The notes beneath the pieces were generated by a model. It saw nothing but the letters and a program-made list of their open reading frames with translations, did no database searches and was not told the origin of the DNA. 64,000 nt of DNA. Source: Octopus vulgaris (Eukaryota). The DNA lies in assembly GCA_951406725.2 (NCBI GenBank), contig OX597829.1, forward strand, positions 14,756,001 through 14,820,000. The letters run 5' to 3'. Of the stretch, positions 14,479 to 27,729 are shown in pieces (position 1 is the first letter of the stretch; every line of letters starts with the position of its first letter). A program made the position numbers and the translations under genes.

Positions 14479-15139
14479 ATGTATGTATGTATGTATGTAT
14501 GTATGTATGTATTTATGTATGTATGTGTGTATGTACGTCTGTATGTATGTATGCATGCATGTATGTATGCATGTATGTATGTATGTGTGTATGTATGTAA
14601 GCATGTATGTATATATGCATGTATGTATGCATGGATGTATGTATGCATGCATGCATGTATGTAAGCATGTATGTATGTATGTATGTATGTATGTATGTAT
14701 GTGTGTGTGTATGTATGTATGTATGTTTGTATGTATGTATGTATGTATGTATGTATGTATGTATGTATGTATGTATGTATGTATGTATGTATGTATGTAT
14801 GTATGTACGTATGTTTGTATGTATGTATATATGTATGTATGGAAGTATGTATGCATGTATGTATGTATGTATGCATGCATGCATGTATGTATGTATTTAT
14901 GTATGTTTGTATGTATGCATGTATGTGTGTATGCTTGTATGTATGTATGTATGTATGTATGTATGGAAGTATGTATGTATGTATTATGTATGTGTATGTA
15001 TGTATGTATGTATGCATGCATACCTGTATGTATGTATATTTGCATGTATGTATGTATGCATGCATGTATGTATGTATGTATGTATGTATGGATGGATGGA
15101 TGGATGGATGGATGGATGGATGGATAGATGGATGGATGG
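14478..15139 (+). repeat. Long compound (TATG)n/(GATG)n microsatellite
   Basis: About 660 bp of tatg units with variants, ending in gatg units. Confidence 0.95.
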
Positions 15140-15141
15140 AA

Positions 15142-15502
15142 AGTTCTGAGCGTTTTTTAGCTAAATCTTTTAACGCTTCTTTGAACACACCTGAAACATA
15201 ACACAATTAAAGCTTTAGCGTTGCTTGAAGTGGTAGTGCATTTCTGTTCCTGACTAAAAATTGATTATCTTTCATTCCGGTTACCCTTCATTGACATTTG
15301 AAATGGATAACGAAAAATTTATTATTATGATTCTCATTTTTTTTAAAAGAAAATTCTGCAAAAATTTGCAGAAATATTTGTGAAGTTTATGGTAATTATG
15401 TTGAATCAACAGTTCGAACGTGGTCTGCTAAATTTAAAGCTGGAGAGTTTAACTTGGAAGATGACAGTCGCTATAGAAGACCTTCAAAATTAGATGAAGT
15501 GA
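15142..15502 (+). mobile_element. Mariner transposon 5' fragment
   Basis: Translates to ..CRNICEVYG..ESTVRTWSAKFKAGEFNLEDDSRYRRPSKLDE, the mariner transposase HTH region. Confidence 0.8.
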
Positions 15503-15815
15503 CAGAGATCCGCGCATATACTCATACCCGTGCATGCATTCATGCGTACACAAATATTTATGGACACCCGTACATAGACATACACATATATTCCTAAATA
15601 TTTATGCACACACACATACACACATTTATGCACTCTTCGTACCCATCACCCCTAAAAAGGAAATTAATATAGATCCATATTAGTCAATCAATGACCATTG
15701 GTTATTGAAATTTTAAATTAGTGTGTTTATATCATAGCGTATAAATACTTTGTATCACTCTTAGTTGTCCGGATGTTTTGCGATCTTGTCCCATTTTGTA
15801 TTATATATATATATG

Positions 15816-15883
<68 letters not shown>

Positions 15884-15887
15884 ATTT

Positions 15888-15918
<31 letters not shown>

Positions 15919-15919
<1 letters not shown>

Positions 15920-16121
15920 ACCGCGTTTGTACCATTGGTGATTTTTTCTTCGTCTTCCCTTCTCTGGATCTTTCCTTTTCCTACGTTTCTGACGAAGAGC
16001 TCCGCTCGAAACGTAAAACCCTCCTTCTTCCCTTCCTTCCTGAGCGTCCAGTAATACTATATTTGTTCCAAGTCCTCGCGTTGTTCTGTTTTCTCTTTGT
16101 GTTTTCATGTTTGGATTAACT
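15919..16121 (+). mobile_element. Short non-autonomous repeat with minimal hammerhead-like motif (PLE-like terminus), ending in (TA)n
   Basis: GTTT-CTGACGA-A-GAGC TCC GCTC-GAAACGTA-AAAC at 15985-16019. The 3' part is nearly identical to 637-737; related copies at 20113-20225 (-), 41280-41463 (+) and 41945-42130 (-). Confidence 0.65.
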
Positions 16122-16846
16122 ATATATATATATACACACACACGCACGTTCGTACTTACGCATCCATCCATCCATACATACATGCATACAAATATATACA
16201 CCCACAGGCAGGCACACATACACGCCCCAGTACATATGTATGTGCATCTGTTCGTATATATATGCACGCCTATATAAGCACGCATACACATGTTCACACG
16301 CACGTACACGTGCATATACATATGTATATCCACATACATTCATATACAGACATACGTTCATAAGCATACACACATAGACATGAATGCATCTATTCACGCA
16401 CACACATATGTACATTAATACATATCTACATACATACACGCTTATAATATATCTACACATACTCTTAATTAACTACGAATGAGTTTCTTTGCATACATTC
16501 ACATAAGTACAAGAAAAAGCAAAGCATTTTGTTTTGTTATATGCAAAAAAGGGTAAGAGTGGGTGTGTGTGATAAATTCCAAAACAGATTAAATGGTATT
16601 ACGATCTATAGGGTCATAAGGACCGGTTACCTGGATTCTGTACCTTATATATTTCCAGCCTGAACGAGACGTCGGGCGGTCACATAATTACACTTTTTGG
16701 CGTGGGAAACTTTTGGCACTGCAGCAATGCGAAATAAGTTGATTTGCTCAAGAAGACAACGCAATGCCCGTTCCAGGAATCAAAACCACAAACTTACGAT
16801 CATGAGGAAAATAACATTCTTACAAATCCACTCTCATCAATATATA

Positions 16847-16903
<57 letters not shown>

Positions 16904-17193
16904 CATATATGAACGTACCTATACATATATATATATAAACGTATATATGTGTGTATATCTATCTATCTGTCTATCTAAATATCTCTCTATATATATACGC
17001 ACACACACATATATATATATCTATATACATACACAAATATATCCATACACATACACACATATATCTATATACTTATGCGCATATATATATACATGTATAC
17101 ATACATTATAAATATACATATATGTACTTATGGATATGTATGTATACACGTACATATACACGTCTGTATATGTAAATATACAAACCTATATGT

Positions 17194-17258
<65 letters not shown>

Positions 17259-17918
17259 AACATACATAAAAACAAATGTATGTACGCATTATCATTGTAT
17301 ATATGTAATCATGTCTCAAGTGCATTAACCATTATCCACAAAGACACTATTCATTATTGAAAACAAAATATCTTCTTCATCTAATAATTGCGTTTAGAAA
17401 TTACGAACTTTTATTCTTTAATCTCAAAGACTGAACTTGTAACGAATTTACTTTCATTTCCTCTATTGGTATGTGTGTGTGTGTATGTGCGTGTGAATGG
17501 GTGTGTATATATATATATATATATATACATTGGTTCATCCATTCGAGTGCGGCCATGCTGGGATAACACCTTGAGGGAATTTGGTCGAATAATTCATCAC
17601 CATTACTTACTTCTCGTCTCGTCGTAAACAAACAAAAACGGTTTGTCAAAGTGTAATTTGAAGCAAATATGCCCATAGATATATATATATACAAAAGTAC
17701 ACACACACGCGCGCGCGCACATACTCAAACACACAATACATACACGACAGTCTCGTTTCGGCTTCTATTAACCAAATCTTCTCTGAGAGTTCTAGTCATG
17801 AAAGAACATTTACATAACTTACCTTGCAGTGATACTGAACCGAGAACCTCATGGTTATGAAGCAATAATAGTAACGAGACATCCACACAGAAGCATATCT
17901 ATCTGTCAATCTACCTAC

Positions 17919-18013
<95 letters not shown>

Positions 18014-18087
18014 CCTACCTACCTACCTACCTACCTACCTACCTACCTACCTACCTGTCTGTCTGTCTGCCTGCCTGCCTGCCTGCC

Positions 18088-18118
<31 letters not shown>

Positions 18119-18140
18119 ATGTATGTATGTATGTGTGTGT

Positions 18141-18687
18141 GTCACTTTCGAGTGCTACTGGTAACATGTAACCCAGCACAACCTGTTGCATGGTCGGGTC
18201 GTCGGCGATTAAACCGGCAACCCCACCAAGCTTGCTTGGTGAAGAGGGTGTTTATTGGACACCCTGCGGGATGAAAAACAAAACCCGTCAAAGGGCGAAG
18301 GAACTCTTGAGAGTCAACGGCCGTCCAATAAATGTCTTAAGGTTTTATCAAGCGCGGGGACATAGAAATAATCGGACTGAATACCCGATCGCGCGGTTAA
18401 ACCATTGGGAGTGAAGGACTCCTAACCTTTGTTAGGGCATCCTTCTAGGAGAAGGTACCTCAGGTAACTAGGATAACTCCGACATACAACCTGCGGCTCG
18501 GTGGTTACCGATGATGTTGACTTGTTCTTCTTTTCGGATTATGGCTGCTGTTGCTTAGTGAGTGGGATTGACTCAGTGCACTGCCTTTCCTCACTTAAAA
18601 AAAATCTTCTTGCACAGACATTGCTCGATAACAACATTAATTAAGCTTCGTGCAATGGCCATATTCGATAACGATGGGACAGCCACC
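18141..18687 (+). mobile_element. Structured non-coding repeat, probably RTE-derived non-autonomous element
   Basis: GC-richer island with several stems (tttattggac/gtccaataaa, caccaagc/gcttggtg). It has a gggcatccttctaggagaagg motif like RTE 5' UTRs and ends gggacagccacc + (ATGT)n. Confidence 0.5.
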
Positions 18688-19829
18688 ATGTATGTATGTA
18701 TGTATGTGTGGCGGTGCCTTAGCATAGCCACACCACGTGAGCTGAAACTAGTAAAGAAAAAAATATATGTGTGTTATACAAATCTATATGTATATATACA
18801 CATTATATATAACCATTATATAGTATCAATTACAAAGACACTGCCTTTTCTGAAAGGAGAAGGATTTCTCGTTTTAAAATTGCGTTAGAAAATTATTAAC
18901 ATTTATTTATATTTTATTTTTACAGAATTAAATTTGAATGAATATTCTTTGTTCTTTCTGTTTCGTTACTTCCGTTGTTTTCTCGTTTCTCTTCTTTGAA
19001 GTTATGCCGAAAGAATGAGTGGCAAGCAAGAAATTATAGTGGTAAAGTGTACAGCGTTTGCAGTAAAGGGGAACTGGTAGATCGAAGGTTTTCAGGTCAG
19101 ATACAGAAGAGACAGGAGGTGCTAGCAATTGAAAGGACAGTGCTATCAGGGATAGAATATATTTAAATGAGTCCCAGCGGGAACTTGATCAACGCCAGCT
19201 GTAGATGAGGATTTTGAAAGGGCAGTGCTACCAGTTGCAATGCTAACTGGACACAAGCTGGGCTCGATCAAATACAACCGAATCGCCTGGATGAGTGTGT
19301 CAGCAGCCAAAAGCCCCTACACACCTAGTGAAGCCCTACAAAACATCACTGATGATGTGTCGAAGATAATGTATAGTAAAACGTTGTCATTGTTGTTATT
19401 GTTATATATATATATCATCGTATATTAAATACATATCATATTATACTTGCTTACATGGCTGTGCGGTGAGAAGTTTACTTACCAATCAAATAGTTCCGTG
19501 TTCAATTCCGCTTGGAGAGACTTCTATTATAGCATCAGGCAGAAGGATACAATCAGAAAGATGCTCGTCGCGCGCGCACACACACACGTATATATATATA
19601 TAGGCACCAGAATGTTGTATGGTATTATCCATATAAATTAAATGGGGTGAATATAATCAAAATAAGTAAAAAGTTTATCCAAGGTAGAGTAGTACAATTG
19701 TTTCATGCTACTTCATTTTATTAAATACTGTATTACATCAGCTTTAAAATGTCGATCAATCTTCAGCCAGTTATAGAATTTTCCATTTAAACGGACAATG
19801 CACATCTTACATATGCGCACACACACACG

Positions 19830-19851
<22 letters not shown>

Positions 19852-19861
<10 letters not shown>

Positions 19862-20046
19862 TATAGAAGGAGCTTCTACAGGACTAGAACTGTTTCATTC
19901 AAGAGAAATCTTCAGGAATTCAAGATTTCTCTTGAATGAAACAGTTCTAGTCCTGTAGAAGCTCCTTCTATATAATAAATTAATTTTACTCTGCTATGTA
20001 TTGAGTACCTTATTTACTGTGGTTAACCCCGAATCAACCCGGGACC

Positions 20047-20049
<3 letters not shown>
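19852..20049. mobile_element. Small fold-back element between (TA)n tracts, degenerate hammerhead-like motif
   Basis: Perfect 61-bp arms 19852-19912 and 19922-19982, 9-nt loop, ~65-bp tail. The minus strand contains CTGAAGA...GAAAC...GTC. Confidence 0.65.
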
Positions 20050-20112
<63 letters not shown>

Positions 20113-20496
20113 GTTCAAAATTGCAGAAGATAAAAAAGCGAAGACAGGTACGGGTGAGGGAACAACGAACAGAGGAATAATGGAAAAGTCTTAGGCGTTT
20201 CGAGCGCACGCTCTTCGATATAAATAGTTAAGAAAAAAATGTTGAGAGAACAAAATAGAAAAAAAAAATAGGGAAGATGGCGACAGAAAAGAAAGTGTAG
20301 AGATTACATCAACATGAAGTAATGCCCGGAAGAAAGAGGCTGATGGGAATGGAGATAATAACGCTGACTTGGCTGGACTAGGGTGGGAAACGTGTGTGTG
20401 CATGTATGAATGGTATGTGTGATGTGTATATGTGAAAGAGAAGCATAGGACCAATTTCCCGGTTTTTCAGGTGTGTGTGTATATATATACATCTTA

Positions 20497-20577
20497 AGCA
20501 AGTGTCTTCTACTATACCCTCGGGCCGATCAAAGTTTTTGAGTGGATTTGGTAGATGGAAACTCAAAAACGCCCGTT

Positions 20578-20614
<37 letters not shown>

Positions 20615-20852
20615 TATATATATATGTGTGTGTGTGTGTGTGCATGTGTATGTGTGTTTCCACTCCCAGCGTTGCATGACAACCGATGCTGGTGTGTTCA
20701 CGTCCTCTAACTGAGCTGATGGTAAAAGAGACCGATAGCATAAGTACTAGGCTTACAAAGAATAAGTCTTGAGGTTGATTTACTCGACTAAAGTCGGTGC
20801 TCCAGCATGACCGCAGTCAAATGAGTGAAAGAAGTAAAAGAATGAAAGAAAG
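20497..20852 (+). mobile_element. SINE family A, 5'-truncated
   Basis: gcaagtgtcttctactata...gagaccgatag...ggtgctccagcatgaccgcagtcaaatgagtgaaa. Confidence 0.8.
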
Positions 20853-20917
20853 AATATTATATATATATTATATATACAACATAAAATATATAAATATAAA
20901 TATTTATCTCTTCTTTT

Positions 20918-21136
20918 TTTACTCTTTTATTTGTTTCAGTCATTTGACTGCGGCCATGCTGGAGCACCGCCTTTAATCGAGCAACTCGACCCCGGGACTT
21001 ATTCTTTTGTAAGCCCAGTACTTATTCTATCGGTCTCTTTTGCCGAACCGCTAAGTAACGGGGACATAAACACACCAGCATCGGTTGTCAAGCAATGCTA
21101 GGGGGACAAACGCAGACACACAAACACACACACGCA

Positions 21137-21183
<47 letters not shown>

Positions 21184-21344
21184 GACGGGCTTCTTTCAGT
21201 TTCCATCTACCAAATCCACTCACAAGGCTTTGGTCGGCCCGAGGCTATAGTAGAAGACACTTGCCCAAGGTGCCACGCAGTGGGCCTGAACCCGGAACCA
21301 TGTGGTTGGTAAACAAGCTACTTACACACAGCCACTCCTGCGCC
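20918..21344 (-). mobile_element. tRNA-derived SINE family A, full length
   Basis: Head GGCGCAGGAGTGGCTGTGTG..GGTTCAGGCCC (A/B boxes), internal (TA)/(CA) tract, tail ggcggtgctccagcatggccgcagtcaaatgactgaaac. Near-identical to 39838-40246. Confidence 0.9.
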
Positions 21345-21376
<32 letters not shown>

Positions 21377-21428
21377 TAACATATATATGATATACCTTTA
21401 TAATATATACATATAATCCACGTATATG

Positions 21429-21466
<38 letters not shown>

Positions 21467-21709
21467 CTGATACTCATACGTATAATGTATCTCTCTATAC
21501 AATTGTGCAAATGCACACATATATGTGTGCGTGTATATATGTGTGCATGTATGCGTGCACACAAGTGTACCTATCTCAAAAAAAAAAAGCATAGGTGTAG
21601 TTTTAATCCGAAAAGTGCTAGATAAATCCTGTTTGCCGTTGTAGAAATACTTTTAAAGGCTAGATAGCATGGAGGACATGTGTGTATATATGTATGTATG
21701 CATGTATGA

Positions 21710-21784
<75 letters not shown>

Positions 21785-21897
21785 TGTGTGTGTGTGTGTG
21801 TGTGTAATATATGAATTCATCTCATATATATATACAGAGAGAGAGAGAGAGAGTTAGTAGACAGATATAATATACCTATGCTATACATAGATATCTA

Positions 21898-21945
<48 letters not shown>

Positions 21946-22522
21946 GCCGAATAGATACACATATTTAAATTATAAATCTATATATTATGCGTACATATCA
22001 CACGCACGCACACACATGCACACACGCACGCCCACACACATATATATATATATAGGTAGGTAATGAAACGATTGTTATATTTCTAAGCTGGTCAGTTAGA
22101 CAAACATGTCTGTTTATATCTTTTAAAACATCAATAAAGTCAATCTTTGATCAGATTTAAATGTTAATCTTCTTAATCTTCATATTTTCCATTTATTCTT
22201 CTTAAACTTAAGACCACAAAATATCAATCGATTATTCGGTATCAATTTAATTGCATTTTAACGATAGTTTCGACTTTAACAATTTTCGTGATTACATCTT
22301 TACCCCTGCCTGGTCCATTTTGCGGAAAATTTCCTTTTCTTTTGCCCCATCGGTCTCCCTTTATTATAAATTATGCGTTTTTTAATGCTTTTACCATAGA
22401 TATATTGTAGTTCAGTATATAAACCTCCTAATTATTATATAGCATTAATATTATTTGCGAAATTCACGACAGCATACTGTCCTTAACCTAGAATCTAAAG
22501 AGATGATGACCTAGCAATTTTA

Positions 22523-22893
22523 TCTCTCTGTATATAAGCTGCAAAATGACTGCCTGTGTGTGTGTGTATCCTTTAACAAATCCACAAATTTTCAGTTAGA
22601 AAGCTCGCACCTTCTATGGTCATTTAAAACCGTCCAAGGGTGGTCGTGCACATATTTACATTTCCCCAATTACCGCGCAAAGCCATTAAAAATCAATAGA
22701 AGTGACTTTTTTTGTGAATTTTCTATCCAAAACCCAATCAAAATGCCCGAAACTTGATACGCCAATTGAATGCCAGCTAGCTGTATGTCATTGGTCGGAG
22801 ATTTGGAGAGTACTCGCGTGTATGTGCGCACGCACGAAGCTGTATATGCATGCACTAGCACTATGACCCGGCGTTGCCGGGACATAGTTCTAG
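22523..22893 (+). mobile_element. Non-autonomous Helitron, family 2, complete
   Basis: A|TCTCTCTGTATATAA start, subterminal hairpin cccggcgttgccggg, ends CTAG|T. Homologous to 43431-43782. Confidence 0.85.
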
Positions 22894-23140
22894 TACAATA
22901 TAAATCGGGTGGTTAAGTTTAATAAGGATAGGACTATTTAAAGTATTTTTGTCGAATACCTTGCCTAGCAATACCATTCTGCTTCATATATTGATTTTGC
23001 ATCAGTGGTGTGATTTTCCTGTAAATTATTTCTTTTCGATTTTTAGTCATATATGTTTTGGTTCACTTTATAAACTGCCACGTTGATTTATAACATTGTG
23101 ATTATTCCTGAAAGCTATGAAAGTACACTAATATTACTCC

Positions 23141-23199
<59 letters not shown>

Positions 23200-24746
23200 C
23201 ATGTGTGTCTGTATATATGTGTATATATATATATATATGGATGTATATACGTATATATATGCATGTGTATATATGTATAAATATATATGTAGGTGTATAT
23301 GTATATATGTATATGTAAGCATATATTTATGTATACATATATGTCTATACACACATATATGTATTACGTATATCTATATGTGTGTACGTGCGTACCTTTG
23401 TGTTTGTCCCCACTACGACAACTTGACAAGGGGCGTTATTTTGTTTGCACCATTAGATCTAGTGAATCGGGAAAAGTGGTCGATAGAATGCTTACCTGGC
23501 TTTATGGGAGTGATTTGTTTAACTAACACCTTTCAAAGTGTGCTTTAGCCTTGCCGCAGTCCAATGACTGCATGAATTTAACAATGAAATATAAAATTTA
23601 CATACTTCTCTTGGGTGATGACATTTCTGATTTCCTGTCAATAACCTCTCGGACCACATTTCTGTCCCACTGTGCATTGTTTTCCAAGAATTTGGGTGAG
23701 GAGTACTATCGCTATAAACGATTGTTCAGTCGCAAGAATCTCTATGGAGTTGGTCCGTGTCATAGGAAGACACGGCAACGATACTAGTGTATGTGCAGAT
23801 ATGAAAATGTGACCATCCAAATGTTAGTCTGTGCAAGTCGCCATTCTTCTATCGCGATAGGACTTTCAGTAGCTGGAATAATACATAAAAAATTAGGTCA
23901 ACGTGAAGTGATATCTCAACGCCTTTGGATTAAAATGATAAGCGTCGCTAGTACTGCGTTCTCACTCTACGTGATAAGTAACTAATAAGGAGAACGAGAG
24001 CTGCCATATTAAGCACTCATTTCTGAATTTGAAAACGAGACGATGATAGCAAATTCCAGAGGGCAGCATTTCGAGGATAGAAGCTCTTAAAATAAAGCAA
24101 CTTATTGACTAATAAAGAGCTCAGCAGAGATACGATGTACTTGGGAAAAGAAACGGCTGGCAAGTTTGAAGGGTTTGAAAGCGGATACTGGACCAAAAAG
24201 TTCATCTGAGTAATGACGATAGAAATATGTAAAGAAAAGACATAACGAAGATACATTTCAACGAGGAGCCAAAAACTCCAACTTGTTAGAAAGAAAAGAT
24301 CCAACATGCTGAAACTCGATTCTGAATTGCGTCTAACAAGTTGAGACATAATTGTAAAAGCATGTACGTACGCGTGACGATGGACAATGGAGCCACATCG
24401 CCTTTGTTTCCTATTGTTTCATTGCGCTTTTTGCGCAGCAAAATTATTTCCTCACTTATCAGGTTATAATATAGTCGCTGGCACGGGGAATGTGCTTGAG
24501 AAGCTTTCTTCGTAAGCTTGTGGTCTCAGGTTGAATACTACTTCAGGGAACCTTCGTCAAGTGCTATCAACAATAGTCACGAACTGACCGAAGCTTTATG
24601 AGCGGATTTGTTAAACAAGCTAAAAAAAAAAAAGCTCATCGTATATACAATATGTGTGTGTGTGCGCCCGAGCGCGTGCCGTGTGTGTCGTTAAGTTTTT
24701 GATGTGTTTGTCCCCTGTCCTTGCTTGGCAATTATCGGTTTTATTT

Positions 24747-25097
24747 TTTTATCGTTTACTTGTTTCAGTTATTAGACTGCAGCCATACTGGGGCACTGCC
24801 TTGGAGAATTTGTAGCCGAATATATTGCTCTCAGTACTTATTTTCCCGGTCCCTTTTGCCGAAGAACCATAACAATAATTGGTGGAGGTGGTGGGGAATA
24901 CAGAACAAAGGCACATATATATATATATATGTATGTATGTATATATGTATGTATATATGTATGTATATATGTATATATATATATACGTATGTATATATGT
25001 ATGTATGTATATGTATATATATATATATGTATATATATATGTATATATATGTATGTATATATGTATATATATATGTATATATATATATATGTGTGTG

Positions 25098-25150
<53 letters not shown>

Positions 25151-25291
25151 GTATATATATATATATGTATATATATATGTATATATATATACGTATATAT
25201 ATGTATATATATGTATATATATGTATATGTATATACATATATATATGTATATATATGTATATATATGTATATGTATATACATATGTATATC

Positions 25292-25333
<42 letters not shown>

Positions 25334-25531
25334 AGCATACACACAACGCATATATATATATATATACACAAGCATACACACAACGCATATATATATATAT
25401 ATATATATACGCCCGCGACGGTTTTCATTCTATTTCTGGAAGACACTCGCCCAACAAGCGACGCAGTGGGATTGAACCCTGAACCACATGGTTGGGAAGT
25501 AAGCTACTTTCCACACAGTTACGGCTGCGCC
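24747..25531 (-). mobile_element. SINE family A expanded by ~500 bp internal microsatellite
   Basis: Head at 25410-25531 and tail at 24747-24910, separated by (TA)/(TATG) tract 24914-25408. Confidence 0.75.
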
Positions 25532-26071
25532 TCTGTGTACACGTAACTTAAAATTTTCTTCCCAAAAGACGATGATACCAAGCTTACGAATAATTAATTA
25601 CTACATATTTGAGTCAATTCATTCGGCTAAAACTCTTGAAGGAAACGAACAAGCATGACCGAACTATAATGACCGAAGCATGCAAAGGTTAAAAGTATCG
25701 GGGTTGCTTTCTTTGAATGTAAACATTAAAAACGTTGCCCCAGCATGACCACAATCCAGTGACTATAAGAAGTAATAGGTAAAAGGCAATAGAAATATTT
25801 TTTCCCTCTCTGTCTCCCCTCTGTCTGGAAATCGGAGCCAACATAGTGCGATTCCATACGTGTAGACATATCTCCAACAGAGAAAATAAGATTGTGCATA
25901 AAAAGAAACATAAGCCTTAAAATAATCATTAATCTCATGTTGATGCAAGATAGTTTTATATGTACGTCATTTTTCTTATCTATTTGTATGGTTCTATGTA
26001 TGTCTTATGAGTGTATGCATGCATATGTGTGAGGATATATTTTTCTCTCTCTCTCTCTCTCTCTCTCTCCC

Positions 26072-26128
<57 letters not shown>

Positions 26129-26139
26129 TATAGGGAGAT

Positions 26140-26202
<63 letters not shown>

Positions 26203-26297
26203 TATATACCAAAGTAAGCACATAAATGTGAAACAAATTGGGAAGAAATAGTACTCCAATACCGGAGGGAGAGTAATATGCTTTAATAATAATAAAG

Positions 26298-26349
<52 letters not shown>

Positions 26350-26585
26350 TGCCTGTATATATACTCACACATATATATATATGTCTGTGTGTTTATGCAT
26401 TATATGTATGCCTGTATATATATATATATATGTCTGTCTGTATATATGTATGTATACCTGTATATATATAAGCATGTATGCCTGTACACATATGTATGAA
26501 TGCACCTATATATATGTGCTTATGTCTACCTCTCTCTCTCTTTCTCTCTCTCTCCATCTATCTATCTATATATATATGGCTTATA

Positions 26586-26984
26586 GGCACAGGGGTGGCT
26601 GCGTAGTAAGTAGCTCGCTTACCAACCACATGTTCCCGGCTCCAGTCTCACTGCGTGGAAGCTTGGTTAATTGTTCTCCACTATAGCCTGCCTCGGGCGA
26701 CCACACCCTTGTGAGTGGATTTGGTAGAGGGAAACTGAAAGAAGCCTGACTATATACGACAGGCTTCTTTCAGTTTCCTCTTGTGTGTTTGTACTTGACC
26801 CCCACCATCACTTGACAACCGATGCCGGTGTGTATCCCTACCCGTGATCTAGCGGCTTGGCAAAAGAAAACTGCTGGCATAAGTTCGATGCTTACAAAGA
26901 ATCAGTCCTGGAGTTGATTTTTTCTACTAAAGGCGGTGCTCCAGCATGGTCGTAGTCAAATATGTGAAACAAAAGAATAAAAGA
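26586..26984 (+). mobile_element. SINE family A with internal fold-back
   Basis: Family A head and tail; the internal microsatellite is replaced by a 19-bp inverted duplication (26730-26778). Confidence 0.85.
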
Positions 26985-26991
26985 AATATAT

Positions 26992-27032
<41 letters not shown>

Positions 27033-27033
<1 letters not shown>

Positions 27034-27258
27034 TTTATTAAAAGCAGCAGAAAATTCAACAAAACCTGTTACTCTGAGTTTCACGTTCCCGTTCGTCGGA
27101 CAGTTCTAGCAAAAACTGTCCGACGAACGGGAACGTGAAACTCAGAGTAAGAGGTTTTGTTGAATTTTCTGCTGCTTTTAAATAAAGCAAATCACTCTAC
27201 CCCTGGTATTTGAGTACTCTTTTTTCCACCTTGTTTCACATTTATGTGTTTACTCCGG

Positions 27259-27259
<1 letters not shown>
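27033..27259. mobile_element. Small fold-back element with variant hammerhead, between (TA)n tracts
   Basis: Arms about 27033-27105 and 27114-27187, tail to 27259. Motif CTGT-CCGACGA-ACG GGAA CGT-GAAA-CTCAGAG-TA-ACAG on the minus arm; the plus arm has one stem I substitution. Confidence 0.75.
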
Positions 27260-27331
<72 letters not shown>

Positions 27332-27388
27332 ACATATATAAATATATATATAAATGAAAGACTGGAGTTGAACGACGATTTAACAAAA

Positions 27389-27487
27389 TTCCTTTATTCT
27401 CGACATATGTTTCGAAGGCTGCGTATTCCTAATTTCGAAGGAATAAGGGGTGCATTATGCCGCCTTCTCATCAGGAAAAACAAGGAA
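27389..27487 (-). ncRNA. Type I hammerhead ribozyme, inverted identical copy
   Basis: Exact reverse complement of 27631-27729 in the left arm of the fold-back. Confidence 0.85.
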
Positions 27488-27630
27488 CTTATGTCAGCAT
27501 CAAGATGAACAAAAACTCTTAGATGGCTGCCCACACGGAGTCCATAGCGATAATGAGTGTTTCATTATCGCTATGGACTCCGTGTGGGCAGCCATCTAAG
27601 AGTTTTTGTTCATCTCGATGCTGACATAAG

Positions 27631-27729
27631 TTCCTTGTTTTTCCTGATGAGAAGGCGGCATAATGCACCCCTTATTCCTTCGAAATTAGGAATACGCAGC
27701 CTTCGAAACATATGTCGAGAATAAAGGAA
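27631..27729 (+). ncRNA. Type I hammerhead ribozyme, intact core
   Basis: CTGATGA (27644-27650). Stem II GAAGGC/GCCTTC encloses two sub-hairpins. GAAA (27705-27708). Minimal palindromic stem III AC-ATAT-GT. Cleavage triplet GTC, predicted cut after 27716. Stem I TTCCTT..TTTTC / GAGAA..AAGGAA. Confidence 0.85.

Noticed and set aside
23990-24350. Purine-rich stretch with GYWTKKFI, faintly LINE-like
   Set aside because: A single short motif among stops; cannot be assigned without a database search.
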